A stretch of DNA of 9,867 nt. It comes from Nitrososphaerota archaeon. GTDB taxonomy: Archaea > Thermoproteota > Nitrososphaeria > Nitrososphaerales > UBA57. The translations under genes and the position numbers were made by a program. The notes beneath the pieces are model-generated. The model did no database searches and was not told the origin of the DNA. It saw only the letters and a program-made list of their open reading frames with translations. Where the stretch lies: positions 1-9,867 of the forward strand of contig JACAFS010000038.1 in NCBI GenBank assembly GCA_013378385.1. The letters run 5' to 3'. Shown here in pieces: positions 5,727-9,867 of this stretch (its first letter is position 1; each line of letters opens with the position of its first letter).

Positions 5727-8012
5727 CTATTTTTTGTTGGCTCTAGAGAAGAGTACACCGCCAACTACTGCGAGAACTACACCAAGACCAATTACAACAT
5801 ATGAAATTGGACTGATAACTTCCTCAGTGGTGACGACTTCTACTTCTTCAACAACGGGTACTTCTACCTCTCGGACGACTTCGACTTCAACGATTCGTTC
5901 AGCACCAGGTACTTCTACTTCTCTGATGACTTCGACTTCTTCGATGACTTCGACTTCGACTTCGACTACACGTTCAACTTCTCTGATTTCAATGGCTACA
6001 TCTTGCCAATTGTCTCTCAGACCGTATGCCATAATGGCACCAGGTTGTGATGAACCCATTCCTCGAATTGCACGACCTCCGATAACTCTGAATATCTTCA
6101 TGTTACCATCGCTATCTGCAGCAATTGTAGGTTGGATTACAGCTTGTGAACCTGTGTTGTGTTCATAGAGTAGTTCTCCTGTATCTGCGTCAAGGCCTCT
6201 GGCCCAACCATCAACGGCTGCAAACCATACGACTCCACCACTGACAATGACTCCGCCTCGGAATCCATAACCGTCAATAAAGTATCTCCACTTTTCTTCG
6301 CCAGTGTTGACGTCGAATGCGACGATACTAGAATTGATTATTGGATCGTGAGGTGCAGCTGGATGACCACGTTCTTCTTGACATGCTGCATTACAACCAG
6401 CAAGGCTTACTCCTCGTGTTTCAGCATTACCGACTGATGCCCATTCAGGAAGGTTGTATAAACCAGCATAGATCATGTTTCTGTCAGGATCGAATGCAAA
6501 GTCAGCTTCAAGACAACCTGTTGTTTGACAGTTCATCCAGAATGGTTTTGTGTCAGGATAGTTAGTCCATGGTTTTGTCATATCTGCATCACTTAATGGA
6601 TCATATAATTCACAGATTACTGCACAACGTTGAATGAATGTTGATTCCATTGCATGGTATGCATAGCCTGTTTCTGCATCAAGTACATAAATTATACCGT
6701 TTTTACAGCCTCCAAGAATGACTCGTTTCTCTTCATTGTTTACTACGGTGTCTACCAGCATAGTATTCCATGAACAGTCATAGTCCCAAAGATCTCGTGG
6801 GGCTGTTTGATATGCCCATAAGAATTCTCCATTTTTAGCGTCAAGAGCAACAAATGATGCTCCGAACAATCTTGGACCAGGTGCATGAGTACCGTTTCTA
6901 TCAGGTCCAGCTTGTGCTGTACCATAGTAGATTCTACCATTTTCTTTGTCGATAGGCATCTGTCCCCAGACATTGCTTATACCTGAGTTAGAACGCATGT
7001 CTCCCCAGTCGTTTCTAAGGATATCTTGGTTCATTTCACAAGCTTTGTGAGCAAATGGAGCTTCGGTTACTTTTGGTGAGTACATCCAGATCTTATCACA
7101 GTTATCTACTAACCATTGACCCCAAGCGGCTTTCTCTTCTACGAATAGTGGGCCATCTTTACCAGGACCACATGTTGTAGGATCACCACAAGGAGGTTGT
7201 AAGAAAGTTCTCCAGACTAATTCGCCAGTGTCATAAGTTCTTGCAGAAGCAAAGTGTCTGCCTCCATAAGTTCCTTCAGCATGACCACCGAGTGCATGGT
7301 AAATTAGATTTTCTTCAACCCAAGTAGTTGGAGGATGTGTTCCTCTACTTCTGTATTCGCCACTGTTAGTTGGAATACCCCAGCCAGCTGCATTTAATTT
7401 GCTTGCAGGATACCAACCGTCAGCTGCATTTGTATTTTCAACACATAAGTGAAGAATTTGTTTTGCAACTTCGCCAGTCTTTGGATCATTGAATGTGTAT
7501 TTACATCCAAAGTCTGTTTGCACTAAGAAACCATCACTGTAATACATACCATGAGTGTGGGCTGTATCAACAGAGATAGGATAATCTTTTCGTCCTTGAT
7601 CTTGATCATATTCAGGATGTTCCCATTGCCAAACAACAGTTCCATCTCTTGCATTATATGCGAGAATTGATTTTCGATTTAAGACATTAAAGACAATACC
7701 GTCTACAACCAATTGAGGAGCTTGTGAACCTTCTGCGTTACCCCAACTACCCGCTCCGAATTGTGTTACGGAAGGCATAGGTGCAACCCATTTTAGTTCT
7801 ATAAACTGTGCGTTCTCTTTATTGATTTGTGTTTGAGGATTGTGGTTTGTTCCGAATCGATTATGATTCATGAATTCCCAATTTCGCTCTTCACGGCTGA
7901 GATTGTTTTGTCCTTCAGCTGTTCCCATAGGTGTAACAAGTACCAAAGTAGATGCTACTAATAAATAACCCAATAGGACGGCAGCAAATGCTAACCAATT
8001 TCTATGGTTCAT
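5727..8012 (-). CDS. Quinoprotein (PQQ-type) dehydrogenase family protein, 8-bladed beta-propeller, with N-terminal signal/anchor and C-terminal EV-repeat stalk plus TM anchor (paralog 1, 761 aa)
   Basis: The N-terminal mature region NWEFMNHNRFGTNHNPQTQINKENAQFIELKW resembles the quinoprotein ADH start (NW...G...YSPL.QIN..NV..L..W). Other family matches: PQLVVDGIVF; repeated W-docking-type motifs AxDxxTGxxxW (AYNARDGTVVWQW, TYDTGELVWRT, ALDAKNGEFLWAY, VLDAETGY, AFDVNTGEEKWRY, GLDADTGELLY); GGHAEGTYGGR (compare GSSGAELGVRG); PRDLWDYD (compare PHDEWDYD/WDFA); CKNGIIYVLD. 14 Cys. Confidence 0.8.
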   Translation of the reverse strand: MNHRNWLAFAAVLLGYLLVASTLVLVTPMGTAEGQNNLSREERNWEFMNHNRFGTNHNPQTQINKENAQFIELKWVAPMPSVTQFGAGSWGNAEGSQAPQLVVDGIVFNVLNRKSILAYNARDGTVVWQWEHPEYDQDQGRKDYPISVDTAHTHGMYYSDGFLVQTDFGCKYTFNDPKTGEVAKQILHLCVENTNAADGWYPASKLNAAGWGIPTNSGEYRSRGTHPPTTWVEENLIYHALGGHAEGTYGGRHFASARTYDTGELVWRTFLQPPCGDPTTCGPGKDGPLFVEEKAAWGQWLVDNCDKIWMYSPKVTEAPFAHKACEMNQDILRNDWGDMRSNSGISNVWGQMPIDKENGRIYYGTAQAGPDRNGTHAPGPRLFGASFVALDAKNGEFLWAYQTAPRDLWDYDCSWNTMLVDTVVNNEEKRVILGGCKNGIIYVLDAETGYAYHAMESTFIQRCAVICELYDPLSDADMTKPWTNYPDTKPFWMNCQTTGCLEADFAFDPDRNMIYAGLYNLPEWASVGNAETRGVSLAGCNAACQEERGHPAAPHDPIINSSIVAFDVNTGEEKWRYFIDGYGFRGGVIVSGGVVWFAAVDGWARGLDADTGELLYEHNTGSQAVIQPTIAADSDGNMKIFRVIGGRAIRGMGSSQPGAIMAYGLRDNWQDVAIEIREVERVVEVEVEVIEEVEVIREVEVPGAERIVEVEVVREVEVPVVEEVEVVTTEEVISPISYVVIGLGVVLAVVGGVLFSRANKK
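5730..5816 (-). other. C-terminal anchor of paralog 1: ISPISY motif, TM helix (VVIGLGVVLAVVGGVLF), basic tail SRANKK
   Basis: Residues 733-761. A hydrophobic 17-18 aa stretch followed by R/K residues at the extreme C-terminus. 20/29 residues are identical to the paralog 2 tail. Confidence 0.7.
5817..5993 (-). repeat. In-frame low-complexity repeat encoding a 59-aa Glu/Val-alternating stalk (IEIREVERVVEVEVEVIEEVEVIREVEVPGAERIVEVEVVREVEVPVVEEVEVVTTEEV)
   Basis: The plus strand shows gacttcgacttcgacttcgac and related units, that is minus-sense (GAAGTC)n / GAAGTA units. Composition is essentially E, V, I, R, P, T only. Confidence 0.85.
7917..8012 (-). other. N-terminal signal peptide or signal-anchor of paralog 1
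   Basis: MNHRN (positive n-region), WLAFAAVLLGYLLVASTLVLV (hydrophobic core), then TPMGTA-EG, a small-residue candidate cleavage site. Confidence 0.6.
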
Positions 8013-8032
8013 TGCCGGTATAGTAATGAATG

Positions 8033-8041
8033 TATATTTAA
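8033..8041 (-). promoter_or_regulatory. TATA-like box (minus-sense TTAAATATA) for PQQ paralog 1
   Basis: Centred about 25 nt upstream of the ATG at 8012. No SD-like sequence lies between them, which suggests a leaderless or very short 5' UTR. Confidence 0.4.
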
Positions 8042-8107
8042 GAAATTATAGAAAATATGCAATTACATATAAAGAAGTTCATAAAAATCGCCAAATATTG
8101 AATGAAT

Positions 8108-8127
8108 GTTAAGAAAAGAATCTTAAC
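8108..8127. promoter_or_regulatory. Inverted repeat GTTAAGA-N6-TCTTAAC in the inter-paralog spacer
   Basis: Perfect 7-bp arms (8108-8114 / 8121-8127) about 96-115 nt upstream of the paralog 1 ATG and downstream of the paralog 2 terminator. Candidate regulator-binding palindrome; function unknown. Confidence 0.3.
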
Positions 8128-8146
8128 GATGGTGTTGTGTTTGAAT

Positions 8147-8181
8147 AAAAAAAATATTAGAGCTGCCTATTTCTAGGCAGC
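8147..8181 (-). terminator. Hairpin plus T8 terminator-like element downstream of PQQ paralog 2
   Basis: Minus-sense GCTGCCTA-GAAA-TAGGCAGC (8181..8162): perfect 8 bp with a GNRA-type loop. It is followed by TCTAATATTTTTTTTA (A8 on plus strand 8147-8154) and begins 11 nt after the TAG stop (8195-8193). Confidence 0.6.
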
Positions 8182-8192
8182 GTCTAAAATAA

Positions 8193-9867
8193 CTACTTTG
8201 AGGTTGATCTAGAGTAGATAACGCCAGCTACTACTACTAAGATTACACCTAATCCAATTGCAACGTATGAAATTGGACTGATGACTTCTTCAGTTACAGT
8301 AACTTCTGTCTCTACTTCAACGATTCTTTCGACTTCAACAGGTACTTCCTTTTCAACTATTACTTCGTTGATGATCTCCTTTTCAACAATTCTTTCGACT
8401 TCGACTTCTCGTTCGACGACGACTTCGACTTCTTGAATTATTGTCTCTGGACCATCAGGTAGTTGATCTGGGTTACCAAATGCAGCTAATGAACCTGGAA
8501 GTGCTGTACTAGAGAATAAGAATCCTCCACCACCACCAATGTATAGGAATACTTTGTAGTTTCCATCACTGTCTGCACCAATTGTTGGCATAACACTTAC
8601 TGGAATTCCGAACAATTTCTTGTTAAGAATTTCACCTGTGTCTGCGTCCAACATGTACATGTTTCCATCACTAGCATATGCATATACTACGCCGCCACTA
8701 ACCATGACACCGCCTCTATATGAAACGCCTTCAATGTATGTACTCCATACTTCTCCACCGGTTCTCCAGTCGAATGCATGAATTGTTGAATTCTTTGGTT
8801 CTACTTGTTCAATTGTACTTCCCTGGTTACCAAAGTCAGTTACAGGTTTAATCTGGAACCTTCTTGGAGAGTTCTGTACACCCATGTAGATGTGTTTGTC
8901 ATCAATTGCCATGTCTGATTCGATATGTGCCCATGCGTTTGGACCCACTGCAATACCAGTACATGAATTAGTTTCTCCTGCTGCACAGTCTGGTGAGTTC
9001 TGGTTCATCCAGTCCTTGTTCATGTGTTCAAATGTCATATCACAACATGCGTCTGGGCCGACTACCTGAGCTCCACCGTTACCACTTACACCTAAGCTTG
9101 AGTCACCACCATAGTTCCAACCTTGCATATTACGAGCTATGCTTTTTGGATCGATGATCCATATAGGTTCACCAGTAGCTGAATCAAGTGCGTAAACGAT
9201 ACCGTTCTTGCAAGATGCGATGTAGACTTCTTGATTACCTATGTCTCTCAATGCACCACCCCATGAACAGTCCATGTCCCACAAATCGTGTGGTAAAGCT
9301 GCAAATCCCCAACCGAGTTCGCCGGTTCGAGCGTCAACAGCAATTAATGCACTACCAAAGAGGTTTGGTCCGAATCTGAGAGTACCGTTAGGATAAGGTC
9401 CTACGTCACCTGTTCCCATGTATACTAGACCAGTCTTCTCACTGTAAGGCATGTTGCCCCAGACTACTGAGAATGCACTTGCGGTGTGTATTTCACCGAA
9501 ATGAGGAGTACCTGGTTTCATATTAATCCAATCGTTATTTACTGCATCAACAGGTACATCTCGGCAGTTAACTGCTAGATGTGAGCCTCCTGATTCAATA
9601 TATTTAGGATATTCAAAGTACCATACTTGACCGTTAGTTCTATCACATTGGTCTTGTGCCCATGTTGGTTGACTTCCGTCACCAGGAGGCATTAACCAGT
9701 TACGATAAACTTCAGTTGGAGAAGCTGCGTTACTGATGTCAATTCCAATAAGACTGGAACGTCCACCACGACCACTTGCACCGAATGAAGGCCATACGAC
9801 AATATCGTCAATTATTTGAGGAGGATGGTTCTGAATAGCACTCATGTAACCTTTACTCTTGAATGTA
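8193..9867 (-). CDS. Quinoprotein (PQQ-type) dehydrogenase family protein, paralog 2; the 5' end runs off the window (by eye ~235 aa missing)
   Basis: The ORF track starts at the ATG at 9845, but the frame stays open to the window edge (upstream codons ...TFKSKGY-MSAIQ). By eye its first residues align near residue 237 of paralog 1 (LMPP vs LQPP; NNDW vs RNDW; VVWGNMPYSEKTGLVYMGT vs NVWGQMPIDKENGRIYYGT). Shared motifs: AVDARTGELGW, PHDLWDMDCSW, CKNGIVYALDSATGEPIW, AFDWRTGGEVW, GGVMVSGGVVY, MLDADTGEIL, PTIGADSDGN. Same EV stalk and anchor as paralog 1. Confidence 0.8.
   Translation of the reverse strand, partial: TFKSKGYMSAIQNHPPQIIDDIVVWPSFGASGRGGRSSLIGIDISNAASPTEVYRNWLMPPGDGSQPTWAQDQCDRTNGQVWYFEYPKYIESGGSHLAVNCRDVPVDAVNNDWINMKPGTPHFGEIHTASAFSVVWGNMPYSEKTGLVYMGTGDVGPYPNGTLRFGPNLFGSALIAVDARTGELGWGFAALPHDLWDMDCSWGGALRDIGNQEVYIASCKNGIVYALDSATGEPIWIIDPKSIARNMQGWNYGGDSSLGVSGNGGAQVVGPDACCDMTFEHMNKDWMNQNSPDCAAGETNSCTGIAVGPNAWAHIESDMAIDDKHIYMGVQNSPRRFQIKPVTDFGNQGSTIEQVEPKNSTIHAFDWRTGGEVWSTYIEGVSYRGGVMVSGGVVYAYASDGNMYMLDADTGEILNKKLFGIPVSVMPTIGADSDGNYKVFLYIGGGGGFLFSSTALPGSLAAFGNPDQLPDGPETIIQEVEVVVEREVEVERIVEKEIINEVIVEKEVPVEVERIVEVETEVTVTEEVISPISYVAIGLGVILVVVAGVIYSRSTSK
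8196..8282 (-). other. C-terminal anchor of paralog 2: ISPISY motif, TM helix (VAIGLGVILVVVAGVIY), tail SRSTSK
   Basis: The last 29 residues have the same length and architecture as in paralog 1. Confidence 0.7.
8283..8441 (-). repeat. In-frame low-complexity repeat encoding a 53-aa Glu/Val/Ile-alternating stalk (IIQEVEVVVEREVEVERIVEKEIINEVIVEKEVPVEVERIVEVETEVTVTEEV)
   Basis: The plus strand shows cgacttcgacttctcgttcgacgacgacttcgacttc, that is minus-sense GAAGTC/GAAGTA units. It shares ERIVEVE and TEEV with paralog 1. Confidence 0.85.

Noticed and set aside
5817-5993. Tandem repeats as a CRISPR array or non-coding satellite
   Set aside because: The units are 6 nt, strictly in frame within a long ORF, and lack spacers or a repeat-spacer periodicity. 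This is a coding low-complexity region.
5734-6168. 144-aa plus-strand ORF rich in Thr/Ser (TSTSSTTGTSTSRTTSTST...)
   Set aside because: It is the antisense shadow of the GAAGTC/EV repeat and the C-terminus of PQQ paralog 1. Its low-complexity composition is a direct consequence of reading (GACTTC)n, and it lies entirely inside a homology-supported CDS.
8026-8112. 28-codon plus-strand ORF (MNVYLRNYRKYAITYKEVHKNRQILNEC) in the inter-paralog spacer
   Set aside because: It is AT-rich intergenic sequence that overlaps the predicted minus-strand promoter. It has no promoter or terminator context of its own, and ORFs of this size arise readily by chance.
9042-9047. Adjacent Cys-Cys (PDACCDMT) in paralog 2 as the classical vicinal disulfide of quinoprotein alcohol dehydrogenases
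   Set aside because: It lies C-terminal to the D-x-D block, whereas the canonical Cys-Cys is N-terminal to the metal-binding Glu. Paralog 1 has SDADMT at the aligned spot with no Cys. So it is not the homologous feature, although a structural model could still show whether it sits near the active site.
65-9379. Other short ORFs in the track (65-265 -, 466-654 +, 1183-1395 +, 2620-2832 +, 2744-2953 -, 3375-3599 +, 4895-5107 -, 6341-6565 +, 6752-6973 -, 9188-9379 +)
   Set aside because: Each lies wholly inside, in an alternative frame of or antisense to, a long CDS with clear family motifs. None has recognisable motifs of its own. 65-265 is out of frame with the true gatA reading frame on the same strand.
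5674-9867. The PQQ block as a mobile genomic island
   Set aside because: Despite the GC step, the window shows no integrase, transposase, flanking tRNA gene or flanking direct repeats. The right boundary is off-window, so an island cannot be supported.

Overview
AT-rich window (hand-counted lines about 34% GC in the left half) that looks archaeal: AspRS has the short archaeal/eukaryal-type length, no Shine-Dalgarno-like sequences precede the starts, and TATA-like boxes sit about 25-29 nt upstream of start codons. The content fits a marine thaumarchaeote-like organism, but taxonomy cannot be proven from the sequence alone. The left 5.7 kb is housekeeping. On the minus strand, five co-directional genes run GT2 glycosyltransferase -> Zn-type MDR oxidoreductase -> aspS -> gatC -> gatA (gatA runs off the window). 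metG lies divergently on the plus strand. The right 4.2 kb is compositionally different (about 47% GC by hand count). It holds two tandem, diverged minus-strand paralogs of quinoprotein (PQQ-type) 8-bladed beta-propeller dehydrogenases; the second is truncated by the window edge. Both paralogs end in the same unusual C-terminal module: a 53-59 aa stalk made almost only of alternating Glu/Val, encoded partly by GAAGTC hexanucleotide repeats. This is followed by a strictly conserved TEEVISPISYV motif, one TM helix and a short basic tail. Each paralog is followed, 11 nt after its stop codon, by a tetraloop hairpin and the shared 13-mer AATATTTTTTTTA. The main lead is that this C-terminal module is an undescribed surface-tethering or sorting signal on quinoproteins whose active sites look non-canonical. 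No tRNA, rRNA, CRISPR array or mobile-element genes were seen.
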